A stretch of DNA of 64,000 bases from a virus (lineage: Duplodnaviria; Heunggongvirae; Uroviricota; Caudoviricetes). The stretch is taken from the IMG/VR virus record IMGVR_UViG_3300028048_000105; one strand, given 5' to 3'. Both the position numbers and the translations under genes were made by a program. Positions within the stretch are counted from its first letter, which is position 1; every line of letters begins with the position of its first letter. The notes under the pieces are model-generated. The model had not been told where the DNA came from. It saw only the letters and a program-made list of their open reading frames with translations, and did not search any database. Shown piece by piece: positions 38,850 to 48,895 of the stretch.

Positions 38850-41153
38850 TTATCCCAATTCTTCTATTTTTTCGAACGGGACACAACATTTAATTTCTCT
38901 GGATGAAGTGTCCTTTAGTTTTAATACAACACTCATGATTGTATTTGGATTAAAATAAATTTTTTCCCCATATTTTATAAGGTCTACGTTACGATCTACA
39001 AGCGTTTTTAATATAGTAATATATACACTTGCCTCTTCTGCTCCCATTCCTATATAAGGAATTTTTTTATCAACAGCCACTCCTCTGGTTTTTAATTTAT
39101 CTTTTAAATTACCAAGAAATTTTATCTGCGCATCGCTTGCTGTTTTTTTTGAACTAAAAACAGCAATATTAACTGTAATCGCCCCATTTTCGAGCATTTC
39201 TTCTTCCAAAGGCTTTTGTTCCTTTAATTTCTCTTCGTCTTTTTTCTTTTTTTCTACCAAAGCAAAGATTTTTGACTGGAATTCTCCAAACTCACTACGT
39301 CCCTGCTCTTTTGCCCTCAGTTCCTTTTCGAGTGTCTCCTTAAACATTTTCTTTTTCTTATCAATTGTTTTATCCTGCATTCTTGGTGTAATAAGCATCA
39401 TTTTCCCCTCTGCCTTCATCTTCGAAATACGAGAGGCAAGATCAATTAGTCTGGATGCTTGAAGTTTGTTAATATCGCCTTTGTAAAACCCGTCATACTC
39501 ATGCATTAGACGTCCAATTTGATTTTCAGTCGCTTTTATTTTCCCCCATTCATCTTGTAATGCCACGTCCCAGGAATATTTCATATAATCTGGAGATATC
39601 ATACAAAAATCATGAACAAATGAAATTGCATCCTGCATTTTCATTTCACCGATATAATATTTCCCGACACTAGCAGTAAGATCAAACGTAACTGTTGTAT
39701 TTCCCATAACATCTGGATCAGCAAGGTAAATATAGTCATTCCATGTAGGTTTGATACAATAACGATGTTCCGTATCCGGCATAAGTGAGTAGTCCATTCC
39801 AAGGAAATCATAATCATTTTGGAATTCATCCATTTTCTTTGAATTATATTTATCTACTGCATGCGCAAGGTCGCTTAAATCTGCATGTGGTTTTTTCCGC
39901 GCAGAAGATATAATTTCTTCCTGCTCCTGCACAAAGCGATTAACCTGCTCCAACCGATATTCATACGCCTTTGTAAGTTCTGCAAATCGTCCTGCAATTT
40001 CATCGCTAATCTCAAGCGGATCAATCTCACCTTCAAGCATTCGAGACTGTTTCTTTCCAAGAAGTTTTGCATCTATACCAAAAAGAGTAAGAGCTGTACA
40101 CAGATTTCTTGTCCCGCTGCCATCATCTGGAAGAATATCAATGCATAAACAGTTTTCCTTACCTTCATAGAGCCGGGTTCCTCTTCCGATGATCTGCTGA
40201 TACAAAGACGCGTTGCACGTCGGCCGGAAGTTGATAATGGTATCCGCAATAGGAAGATCTGTACCTTCTGTTAAAACCATGCAGTTAATAATGGCGCGGA
40301 CACTCCCGTTCATAAAACCATCAAGCATATTTTTTCTATCTTCTTCCTGTGTTTTCCCTGATAAAACAGCAACACTGCCACGTTCTTTTTCCGGGAGCAG
40401 TTTGTCAACTACTGCCTTCAGGAAATTACAGGTTCTGACAGTAGTACAATAAATAAGAATATGCCGATTCTCCTGGAGACAGTCTGTAAGAACTTTTGCA
40501 ACACTTATTACAGCTTCTTCCGTAATACAACCGTCCAAATCGGATACATTAAAATCCCCCATAGATTTTTTTACGCCTTTCAGGGAATATTTTGCACGGA
40601 CCTCCCGGCAGTGCACCGGACTTAAATATTTATTTTTAATCCCCCAACGAAGATCCTTTGCATAAATAATCTCGTTAAAAACGTCATCTAACCGTACGTT
40701 GTCGCCACGCTTCGGAGTTGCCGTGACACCGATCACACGCTTAGCGCCGGAAAAGTAATTTAAGATCTTCTTATAGGATGGCGCGGCAGCGTGGTGCGCC
40801 TCATCAATGATGATCGTGTGGAAATCGTCCGGCTTATACTGCTTAAGACGGGAGTCATGGCTGAGTGTCTGAACACTCGCAGATACTACCTCTTCCCCAT
40901 TGGAATGGTTTTCTGCCTTTTCTACGCCAAAACTACAGTCGAAATACCGTCTCGGCTGGTTGACCAGTTCATCCCTGTGTGAAAGAATAAGCACCCTTCC
41001 GTATCTCTTAAAGTGGGAGAAGATCCATGTCTTCCCAAGCCCTGTTGCAAGAGCAATCAGGAATCTTCCTTCTTTTAAGCTATCTACCTTATCAATGCAT
41101 TCCTGCTGGTATGGTCTTGATTTTTTCTCTGCTATCTTCTTATTCTGATTCAT
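38850..41153 (-). CDS. SF2 DEAD/DEAH-box helicase family protein (res-subunit-like N-terminus) with long unknown C-terminal region
   Basis: Walker A ATGLGKT, DEAHH box, helicase C motifs QIIGRGTR; 767 aa. Confidence 0.7.
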   Translation of the reverse strand: MNQNKKIAEKKSRPYQQECIDKVDSLKEGRFLIALATGLGKTWIFSHFKRYGRVLILSHRDELVNQPRRYFDCSFGVEKAENHSNGEEVVSASVQTLSHDSRLKQYKPDDFHTIIIDEAHHAAAPSYKKILNYFSGAKRVIGVTATPKRGDNVRLDDVFNEIIYAKDLRWGIKNKYLSPVHCREVRAKYSLKGVKKSMGDFNVSDLDGCITEEAVISVAKVLTDCLQENRHILIYCTTVRTCNFLKAVVDKLLPEKERGSVAVLSGKTQEEDRKNMLDGFMNGSVRAIINCMVLTEGTDLPIADTIINFRPTCNASLYQQIIGRGTRLYEGKENCLCIDILPDDGSGTRNLCTALTLFGIDAKLLGKKQSRMLEGEIDPLEISDEIAGRFAELTKAYEYRLEQVNRFVQEQEEIISSARKKPHADLSDLAHAVDKYNSKKMDEFQNDYDFLGMDYSLMPDTEHRYCIKPTWNDYIYLADPDVMGNTTVTFDLTASVGKYYIGEMKMQDAISFVHDFCMISPDYMKYSWDVALQDEWGKIKATENQIGRLMHEYDGFYKGDINKLQASRLIDLASRISKMKAEGKMMLITPRMQDKTIDKKKKMFKETLEKELRAKEQGRSEFGEFQSKIFALVEKKKKDEEKLKEQKPLEEEMLENGAITVNIAVFSSKKTASDAQIKFLGNLKDKLKTRGVAVDKKIPYIGMGAEEASVYITILKTLVDRNVDLIKYGEKIYFNPNTIMSVVLKLKDTSSREIKCCVPFEKIEELG

Positions 41154-41220
41154 TTTTTAATCTCCCTGTATTTTGTCATGTTTATGTAGTTTTTGCGCCG
41201 CTTCGTGCGGTCTTGTAAAA

Positions 41221-41365
41221 GAAGCATCCGGGAATCGGACCCGGAAGCAGCATGTGCTGCTATCCTCCTGCTCCTTTCCGGGTTTTTCCCGGAAGCGTAA
41301 ACATTTTTCGAAAGGATTTCTGCCAGCCGGTAACCCTGGCAGCCCGGTTTATGACCTTTACATGA
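41221..41365 (-). ncRNA. tRNA-like structured leader element, copy 4
   Basis: Same hairpin series; T-arm mimic CCGGGUCCGAUUCCCGG. Confidence 0.4.
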
Positions 41366-41396
41366 TACATATTGCGCCATCTGGTAAATTGTCAAA
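41366..41396 (-). promoter_or_regulatory. Module A promoter copy (TTGACA variant)
   Basis: ATATTGCGCCAT..AATTGTCAAA. Confidence 0.45.
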
Positions 41397-41653
41397 GGAA
41401 TTTAGAAAGTTTTTTAAAAATATTTTTGCAACCGTATACTGGAAAACCTCATATTTTAATTTTTGAGATAAGCTGTACACATCGTCCGCTTGCAGGCAGA
41501 AAAAGAAGGAACGGTTTCCCATTCCCCCTTAAGTGATTTGTTGCTATCTTCTCTTATCCACAACTTCCTTCGGGACATCCCAGATTTTTTCGCTGATTTC
41601 CTTCTCGATTTCATAGTTTCAAGATAAATAGGCGAGGATTCTCGGTAATTCAA

Positions 41654-43063
41654 TTACCGAGAGGAATCGCCCAGTGGAGTCCTTTTGTAACTATACCGGT
41701 AGCCATCGCCGTACTGCTTAAGCTTGCAGTTTTTGTAATTAACGGTTATGCGTTCACCTTCTGTTGTTTTTATATCAAAGTATCCACTTGCTCTTGTTGA
41801 TACGCGACCGGTATGTTTTCCTTTATATTTTCCTTTGGGTACATCTGCCGTTACGATATCTCCGTTCTGGAAACCGAAGATACGTTTTGGCGTTTTCCCC
41901 AGCTTTTGTATGATGATTCCGCATTTATTGATCTTCCCACGGAAATGGGTGCCTCTTCCCATCGCTTCTGCATACAGGAAGTAGCCGTTTGTAAGGTCTT
42001 TAAATCCTTTTTTTGGTACGGTACCGACACACAACGCATCATAATGGTGGTCTTTCGGAAGGTTTAACTTTGTACGGTTGTATTTCGTCTTCCCGCCTGT
42101 GGAACACTCCACGTCATCAAAGATTGCAAACAGCCCATTCTCTTCATACCGGCGCAGGATGCCAGCCCATGCACTGTAGCGGTTACTGTTCTTCTGCACC
42201 TTGCCATTCATGACAGCCTTGATGCCTTTTAACCTCGCCTTGTCAAGCTTCGTTTTCTTAGGCTTTACATTGATGGACTCCAGCCATTCTTCCAGCTTCA
42301 TGGAACCTTTTTCCTGATTACAGGTATGGCAGGAAAGGGTGGCATTTTTTACACTGTCACTTCCTCCTCTGGAACGTGGGATGACATGCTCCCACTCCAT
42401 GATGCTGTCATTGGATTCCCCGCCGCAGTACTGGCAGGTATGGGCGTACTTTTCCAGAAGGTATTCACGGATCTCTGTACCCGCAAGGGTTCCCTGCTGG
42501 TACTGGACACCTTCGATATCCGGGTTATCCATCAGCTGGGAATCAAACCTTACTGCCTCGAAAGAACAGTCTGTGATGTTAAAGAGCTGCTTTAACCTTA
42601 TGACCCATGAGATGACGTTATCACCGATGGAACGCTGGGATGGTGGAAGCCATCCGTCAGGACGGGAACTGTCATACTGCGGTTTCTTCCCTTCCGGGAG
42701 CTGTTTGTTTCCCCACTTCGGCCTGCGATAGCGGGTCTCCCGGTTCCTGCGGTTCCTCCTGCACTGGCTTCTTGTCTGCAGGTTCTTTTTTACCTGATCC
42801 CCGCGGTGCTCAATCTGCTGAAAGAATACCACGGCGTTGTCCTCATTCCTTACTACGGCAATCCCTGTATACTTTGCACCCGGGTCGATCTTGACCCGGT
42901 AGGTACCTTCCGGTTTGATTTCCCTTGTGTCTTTATCCTTTAAGATGATCACAAACGGAAAGGTTTTGTATACGCATGCCCGCTTCTTTTCCAACAGAAT
43001 GCGTGCCCTCCGCTCAGTGCAGACACCAAGGGGACGCTTTCTTTTATCAAGTGTTATGACCAT
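41654..43063 (-). CDS. iscB: IscB (OMEGA RuvC-HNH RNA-guided nuclease)
   Basis: PLMP N-term MVITLDKRKRPLGVC, RuvC-I IDPGAKYTGIAV, bridge helix RRNRRNRETRYRR, HNH CQYCG..HVIPRSRGG..N..SCHTCN, C-terminal TI-like domain. Confidence 0.85.
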   Translation of the reverse strand: MVITLDKRKRPLGVCTERRARILLEKKRACVYKTFPFVIILKDKDTREIKPEGTYRVKIDPGAKYTGIAVVRNEDNAVVFFQQIEHRGDQVKKNLQTRSQCRRNRRNRETRYRRPKWGNKQLPEGKKPQYDSSRPDGWLPPSQRSIGDNVISWVIRLKQLFNITDCSFEAVRFDSQLMDNPDIEGVQYQQGTLAGTEIREYLLEKYAHTCQYCGGESNDSIMEWEHVIPRSRGGSDSVKNATLSCHTCNQEKGSMKLEEWLESINVKPKKTKLDKARLKGIKAVMNGKVQKNSNRYSAWAGILRRYEENGLFAIFDDVECSTGGKTKYNRTKLNLPKDHHYDALCVGTVPKKGFKDLTNGYFLYAEAMGRGTHFRGKINKCGIIIQKLGKTPKRIFGFQNGDIVTADVPKGKYKGKHTGRVSTRASGYFDIKTTEGERITVNYKNCKLKQYGDGYRYSYKRTPLGDSSR

Positions 43064-43335
43064 AGTTACTGTCTCCTTAAAAATCCAGTTACGGACTTGT
43101 ACTGCGGCTGGCACCACGATGGTGCTGTGGTAGCCAGCTGCTTCTTCTCGTTAATGTTGAGAATGGGTTACGCGGGCAGCGCACTGTCCGGTGTCTCGGA
43201 CCTGACGACTTAGCAACCGCCCATCGGCTTTCATGCTGAAGAAGCACATACCGCCGCCTCCATCCTAACGTAGTCCCGAAGGACTGAAACTGCTCAACCA
43301 TCTATCGGACAGCTTCGCATGCTCTCGCATGCTCG
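43064..43335 (-). ncRNA. candidate IscB ωRNA #2
   Basis: Structured 270-nt region 5' of iscB, begins right after a truncated module B. Confidence 0.5.
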
Positions 43336-43449
43336 GCTATTCAATAGCCGAGTAGTTGACTTCTCCTTTTAAATATGTTTTGTTTACACCCTTAATATGC
43401 AATAAAAAAAGAAGAGCCCGAAGACTCTCCTTAATGTTATCTGCAGGTG

Positions 43450-43746
43450 TCAGGCTTTAAACCGCAGGTTACTGTGTACCTCAAAACTGGTACCTCGCAG
43501 ATCTTTCTGCAGTCTGTCCTTGATTTTCCAACCAACCTGTTTCATATCCGGCAGCTCGTATGCGGTCTTTCCCCGCACAAGCCGGTACACCGGTTCCCCA
43601 AGTTTAAACGCAGATGTCGTATGCTGGGAACACCAGAGATCAACTTCCTCATCGTTTTCAAGGAAAAGATCAAGAATGACATAAGGAAACTCCGGATGTT
43701 CTTTGATATCTTTTACCAGCTGGTCGTAAGATATAAGTTCATGCAT
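43450..43746 (-). CDS. hypothetical small protein
   Basis: 98 aa, start overlaps stop of upstream gene (ATGA). Confidence 0.4.
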   Translation of the reverse strand: MHELISYDQLVKDIKEHPEFPYVILDLFLENDEEVDLWCSQHTTSAFKLGEPVYRLVRGKTAYELPDMKQVGWKIKDRLQKDLRGTSFEVHSNLRFKA

Positions 43747-43747
43747 G

Positions 43748-44614
43748 TTAATACACCTCCCCGTATCCGACGACTTCCGCCCATGTTGTCTTATGGTTGG
43801 AGCCTTCCTGAGCGTAAAGGATGCCGCCGTCCGGCTTCCGGAAAACTTCTTCGTAGCCGTCCATGGAGGCGCGTTCCGCAGACTGGTAGGTTGCCTCGGC
43901 TGTGACCGCGCCGGCAAGCTGCGGATACTTTGCCAGAATTTCCGGGAGGTCTTCCGTCTTTGCGTATGCGATCTTTCCCCAGTCATCCCCGCTTCCTTCC
44001 GGAAGGAAAATAGCGGTCTCATCTGCATTATCAAGCAGTCCACGATTGTTGTAGTATTCTTTTTTTGCAACAATCGTCTGGTTTTTTGAATCGTGATGGA
44101 GGCTGTCCCAGCCAGGGAAAACATTGGAAAACAGGGCGCTCCGGATAGGAATCTGCTTATTTCTTTCCCATTCTTTTTCAACTCTGTTCCATTCCTTCTT
44201 ACAGTTTTCGATGAAATCTGCCTCAAAAGCCGCATCAGGCGTGACCTCTTCTTTTGTCGTAAGCGGTACAAGGTACGTCTTTGCAACATACTCCTGCAAT
44301 TTACTTCGGAAAGAAGTTTTGCACATAAAATCGCGCTGTCCGATATCCGTGTAACCTGCAATCTGCTGCATTTTTTCGCACACTTTTCTTTCAATATCGT
44401 ACCAACGATTGCTCTTCAAAAACTGGTAATTCCCCGCAAGCACTTCCATCCAGAATTCCTTGCATTTTTCTGCAAAATCGGTAATTTTGGAATCCATCGG
44501 ATTGTACTCAAACCGCTCGTAGTAAAGCGGGCACGAACCGGAATCCGCACAGGTAACAAAAATCTGTCCGGTCGTTCTCTTAAAATTAATACTTCTCACT
44601 TTGTAATAGCTCAT
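43748..44614 (-). CDS. hypothetical protein (module B upstream)
   Basis: start MSYYKVRS after GAAAGGAGATATTACC; 288 aa. Confidence 0.5.
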   Translation of the reverse strand: MSYYKVRSINFKRTTGQIFVTCADSGSCPLYYERFEYNPMDSKITDFAEKCKEFWMEVLAGNYQFLKSNRWYDIERKVCEKMQQIAGYTDIGQRDFMCKTSFRSKLQEYVAKTYLVPLTTKEEVTPDAAFEADFIENCKKEWNRVEKEWERNKQIPIRSALFSNVFPGWDSLHHDSKNQTIVAKKEYYNNRGLLDNADETAIFLPEGSGDDWGKIAYAKTEDLPEILAKYPQLAGAVTAEATYQSAERASMDGYEEVFRKPDGGILYAQEGSNHKTTWAEVVGYGEVY

Positions 44615-44705
44615 GGTAATATCTCCTTTCGATGATGTTTTGTCTACATCAGGAATATGAAACAAAAAAAGAGCCTGCACCGCTGCAAGCCCTTCTTCGT
44701 TGTTG

Positions 44706-46625
44706 TTAAATGAGTTCTTTTGCCTTGAGATCTTCGATCATGTCATGGATTGCTGCATTGATCGCTTTGCGCTCTTCTCCACGCGGCATCGCATAAACAG
44801 GATTAAGGTTTTTATCCATGCCTACACAGCTTTCTGAGTGCCCGGATAAGTAATCGCTCTTGGCGCCCTTGGCTTTCAGCATATCGGTCAGGTAGCATGC
44901 ACCAGCGCGGGCAAACATCTCAACGGTGGATGACCAGTATCCAAACTTGTCTTTGGCAGTGCAGTCATCCATCTTTTTGGATTCCTTGTAGTATTCCGAT
45001 AACATCTGCATGTCATTATAGGAAGCAGTCACAGCCCTTTCGTATCTGTACCAGGTCCAGAACAGATCTTTTCTGGATTCCTTATTGATCACACGCCCAG
45101 TCACTTCTTTTTTGTAGGAAGAAAGTGCCTCGATTGCAGCTGTTGCCGTTCCATCAATGGATATAAGATGCTCCTCTTTATCTGCGAAGATATTCCTTAC
45201 CAGTTCCGCTCTCTTTTTGACCTGCGCATCTGTAAGACCGTCTGCCGGGAAAACAGAATCGATACATTTCTGAAGAAGTTTTTCTGTATTCCCGATTTTC
45301 TTTGCCTTCTCAGCTTCGATCTCTTCTTTTGTCGCCTTGCGGTACTGCATGGTAGAAATCACATTTCGCACGCTCTCCGGGATTTTATCTTTCTCAAATG
45401 ATTCTGTCATCATCTTAGTTAATCCCAGTTTTTTCGCTACAATGTCATCAAGCGCATGAAACATTTCATGACCGAGTGACCCGGCCCCTTTCATCTTCGT
45501 AATATTAATTACCTCACGAAGCGGCTCGTAATGTGCAACTGCGGAACCCTGTCCTCTTGCACCGAAAGCGATCGCAAGACGGCCTCCAAAAGACACAGAA
45601 GATAACGGGATGCCAAGGACATCTGCAAAGTCACAGAATGCTTCATATGCCATGTTCAGGCTTGACTGAGCATCATTTTCCGTCATCCAGTTTCCGAACT
45701 CTCCGCCACGGATATTGAAATCTTTAAGGAAATCTTCTCCTACGATATCCCGTCCATTCCGGACATCAGAAAGGCCAATACGCTCAATTCGTTTAAGCTG
45801 CTTTGGAGTTGCGGAAGCCTTACGCGGTTTCTTTGCTCTAAGCTGCTTTGCGTATTCCTGACACTTACAAAGAGCCTCCTCATAACTTGGAATATTCTTT
45901 TCAATCACGGAATACCCTTTGGAAACGATGTAAGTGTCTTTGATACATCCAACTCGGCTGCGGCTGTAAAAACCATCCGGGGAATATTTTTCAATCTTCC
46001 ATCCGGCAGGTATCTTATCTTCTTTCTTCACAGCAAACTGTTCTTTTTCTGCACAGTATGCGTAGTTAGTAGAGAAAGTCTGATGACCACAGCGGATCGC
46101 ACGCAAAAGCTTTGTCTGGAACAATCCGGTATATTCCGGTTTGGTAGAGATTCTGTACCGTGCGCTACGCTCCGGATCAACAATCTGATTGTAAACAACC
46201 TGCTGTTTCTCCATAAACTCTTCTTCAGAAGAAACACCCGACATGGTATCCCTGATCATGGTCACGAATTTGACGTAACACTCCATCCGGTATTTCACCT
46301 TCTCTGGATCGTCCTGCTCGAAATACGAAACATATGGCTTTGCTGGAATTGCATTGCGCACCTCTTTGATCGCGTAAGCGACTACCTTCGGAACGCCAGC
46401 TTCGACCATCTGCTCATAATCCGGTTTCTTCCAGATATTGTCTTTCTTTACGAATTTTGCTTTCTCAGCATCATTCATATCCAAAAGATCCTCAAGATTG
46501 ATGCCTCCAGCTGACCAGAGTTCCTTTCTCGCGCCTCCGATATGTTCTCCAAAATCTCTGGAAACCTTAAGTGCCGATGTTCCGGATACCTCCGGTGTAT
46601 TGAATAAACTCATCTGTCCTTCCAT
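44706..46625 (-). CDS. large protein with zincin-like HExxH motif (ArdC/ImmA-like metallopeptidase domain?)
   Basis: GSLGHEMFHALDD; 639 aa; module B upstream. Confidence 0.5.
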   Translation of the reverse strand: MEGQMSLFNTPEVSGTSALKVSRDFGEHIGGARKELWSAGGINLEDLLDMNDAEKAKFVKKDNIWKKPDYEQMVEAGVPKVVAYAIKEVRNAIPAKPYVSYFEQDDPEKVKYRMECYVKFVTMIRDTMSGVSSEEEFMEKQQVVYNQIVDPERSARYRISTKPEYTGLFQTKLLRAIRCGHQTFSTNYAYCAEKEQFAVKKEDKIPAGWKIEKYSPDGFYSRSRVGCIKDTYIVSKGYSVIEKNIPSYEEALCKCQEYAKQLRAKKPRKASATPKQLKRIERIGLSDVRNGRDIVGEDFLKDFNIRGGEFGNWMTENDAQSSLNMAYEAFCDFADVLGIPLSSVSFGGRLAIAFGARGQGSAVAHYEPLREVINITKMKGAGSLGHEMFHALDDIVAKKLGLTKMMTESFEKDKIPESVRNVISTMQYRKATKEEIEAEKAKKIGNTEKLLQKCIDSVFPADGLTDAQVKKRAELVRNIFADKEEHLISIDGTATAAIEALSSYKKEVTGRVINKESRKDLFWTWYRYERAVTASYNDMQMLSEYYKESKKMDDCTAKDKFGYWSSTVEMFARAGACYLTDMLKAKGAKSDYLSGHSESCVGMDKNLNPVYAMPRGEERKAINAAIHDMIEDLKAKELI

Positions 46626-47395
46626 AATAAATTATCTCCTTTCAATGATGTATTTGTTTACATCAGAAATATGAGATGAAAAAAAAGCTCCGTCCTGGAA
46701 GATTTGAGGATATGGTAGATGTCCGTGAGGACTACAACGACATCGACGAATACCTCTGATGCAGCCAAGGCATTCAATGTATACAAAAAGCAGTTTCTTT
46801 CCCAGAATTTCTGGGAACGAGAAACTGCTTGCTATTTTTGTGTTAACCAGTTTTGATCAATCAAAGTACATCCTTACACAATTCTTCCTCTTTTTTCAAC
46901 CACCGGGGCATACGCCTTGGATGAATACTGTCCATACGACATGCCTCGCGCACGCGCCTCATGATTAACCTCATTAAGTTTCTCATTCGTCTTTTTCTTT
47001 CTTCTTACCGAAGTATCACTTGTTTTCATATGTTATCCCAATCCTTTGTATATTTTAATGGGGAGAATCTTAAAGACGCTCCCCTCTTTAACCTTAATAT
47101 GGAATACTGGTTTGATATGGAAATATCAGCAGACAGAAACAATAATTGTTCGACTTTTATCTGTACTGACGGACCATACTTCTTTTTCCATGATTCTCAT
47201 TTTTTCTTCCTTCGAAATCTTCTTTTCTCTTAAAAATCCGGCTCTTTTTCTCATTTCATACACCAGTAAAAGCCCTCTTGGAGCATATACATATTCTTCT
47301 TTTTCATCCAAAATTTCAAGATTCGTTCTTCCTCTTTCTGCCAACTTACAAATTTCCGAAACGAGCATGACATTACCTCCCTTCTTATGTGTACC

Positions 47396-47914
47396 TTACA
47401 ATTTGATAACTCCAAAAGGTATATCATGAAACTGCTTTAAAACCGCCAACTTTCGTTTCTCATCCGAATCAAAACTTGGAGTCGGTGGAAACTGAATTTC
47501 TCCGTTCTTCTTATATTTTCCATTTTCATCACACTCGCAGAGAATATGCACCAAATATCTGCTCTCAACAATAATATCCGCGAATAAACGGCCTTCCCGA
47601 AATTCAATTCCTGCTACATAGCCAATCCCCTTCAAAGGATAGCCAAGACCTTTAATCTGACACGATTTAACCATTTCATCTGGAATTTCCATATACTCCG
47701 GCTGATTCATATCGGTGCTGGTGACAAATTCCTTGTCAGTGTTATATGTAAATTCCAAACCCTTACACGACCATTTAAACCATGATACACTCAATAATTT
47801 CAGACTTTTCCCCTTATACTCGAATGTTTCTCCAAACTTACACGGTAATGGAATTCTCATATACAATACCTCCAAATGATCCTTTAGCAAAAAATATCCA
47901 GATAATCCAATCAT
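47396..47914 (-). CDS. hypothetical protein
   Basis: 172 aa; long leader from module A at 48290-48322. Confidence 0.45.
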   Translation of the reverse strand: MIGLSGYFLLKDHLEVLYMRIPLPCKFGETFEYKGKSLKLLSVSWFKWSCKGLEFTYNTDKEFVTSTDMNQPEYMEIPDEMVKSCQIKGLGYPLKGIGYVAGIEFREGRLFADIIVESRYLVHILCECDENGKYKKNGEIQFPPTPSFDSDEKRKLAVLKQFHDIPFGVIKL

Positions 47915-48895
47915 TCACAAATTTTTTTGTTTTGAGTTATAAAATTGTGGCGAAAACCACAGGTTTTCCTGTGGGAATTAGTGAGTTTTCCTTAAATTGC
48001 TATATTCACAGATGCGTAAAATACGCTCTGATTCTTGAACGGTTCGGGTAACCCCTGCCCCACATATCCCAGTAATTTTCTCCCGCTTTCCTTGCACATG
48101 CAATGCTTGAAACATGAGATTTTCTGTCCATCTTACGCTTCTTGGAATACGAAAACAGGACTTTCTCTCCGTTTCCATACCGGTATAGATTTTCCCGCTG
48201 TTTCTTTATTTTCCTCCCTTTCCCTCTCATCCTCTTTTTACACATACGAATTTTCCTTTCGAACGAATGCCTATTTATGTTTTTCTAATACAAATATTGC
48301 GCCATTTGGGGAATCGTCAAAGGGATTCGGGGAAAATTTATAAAAAAAGAGAGGGAAAATTTTCCTCTCTCTCATGCGAAATTTGGATAGCCTAGAAGAA
48401 CATAAGGCACAGTGGAAGCACAAAGATTGCATATAGGACCACCGTCGCAGCCATGATCGATATACATTTTGCCTTGAAAATTTTAACGTCATGAAGGAAT
48501 GCGCCTGATGATGGGTACAGCTTCTTAACCTGGCCCGTAAATATTGACGATTCCTCTCCAGGTGCGGCAATATCAGCGAATAAATTCCATTTAGTAATTC
48601 TTGAATATTCACTACTCTCAAATGACCACCCCCATATGCCAAACAAGCGTGGAAGACCGCATGAAAAATCGTGAGGATGTTTTGTTTCTCTCAGAAAACA
48701 TTTCTTTTCTTCCGGGTATCCGAAAAAAGTGGTTGAATATCACTAATTCGGATACCTTTTCTTATGTCTGTTTGGTCGCAAAAAGTGGTTGAAAAGTATG
48801 GGCGATTGTAGCAAATATACCCGATAAAAATTGTAATTAAAAAGAGCCGCTTGTTATGACGGCTCTGGTTGAAAAATCTGAAATATTTACTGTGT

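Larger units (their letters stand above)
41640..43335 (-). mobile_element. IscB-type element #2 (ωRNA + iscB)
   Basis: 5' hairpin CTCGGCTATTGAATAGCCGAG (about 43319-43339) and 3' hairpin CTCGGTAATTGAATTACCGAG overlapping the stop codon (41641-41661). Confidence 0.6.

Noticed and set aside
43450-44394. 314-aa ORF in the ORF track
   Set aside because: It is a frame-merge artefact. It overlaps 43748..44614 (module B-driven, better start context) out of frame over about 650 nt. Only its C-terminal 98 codons (43450..43746) look like a separate small coupled gene.
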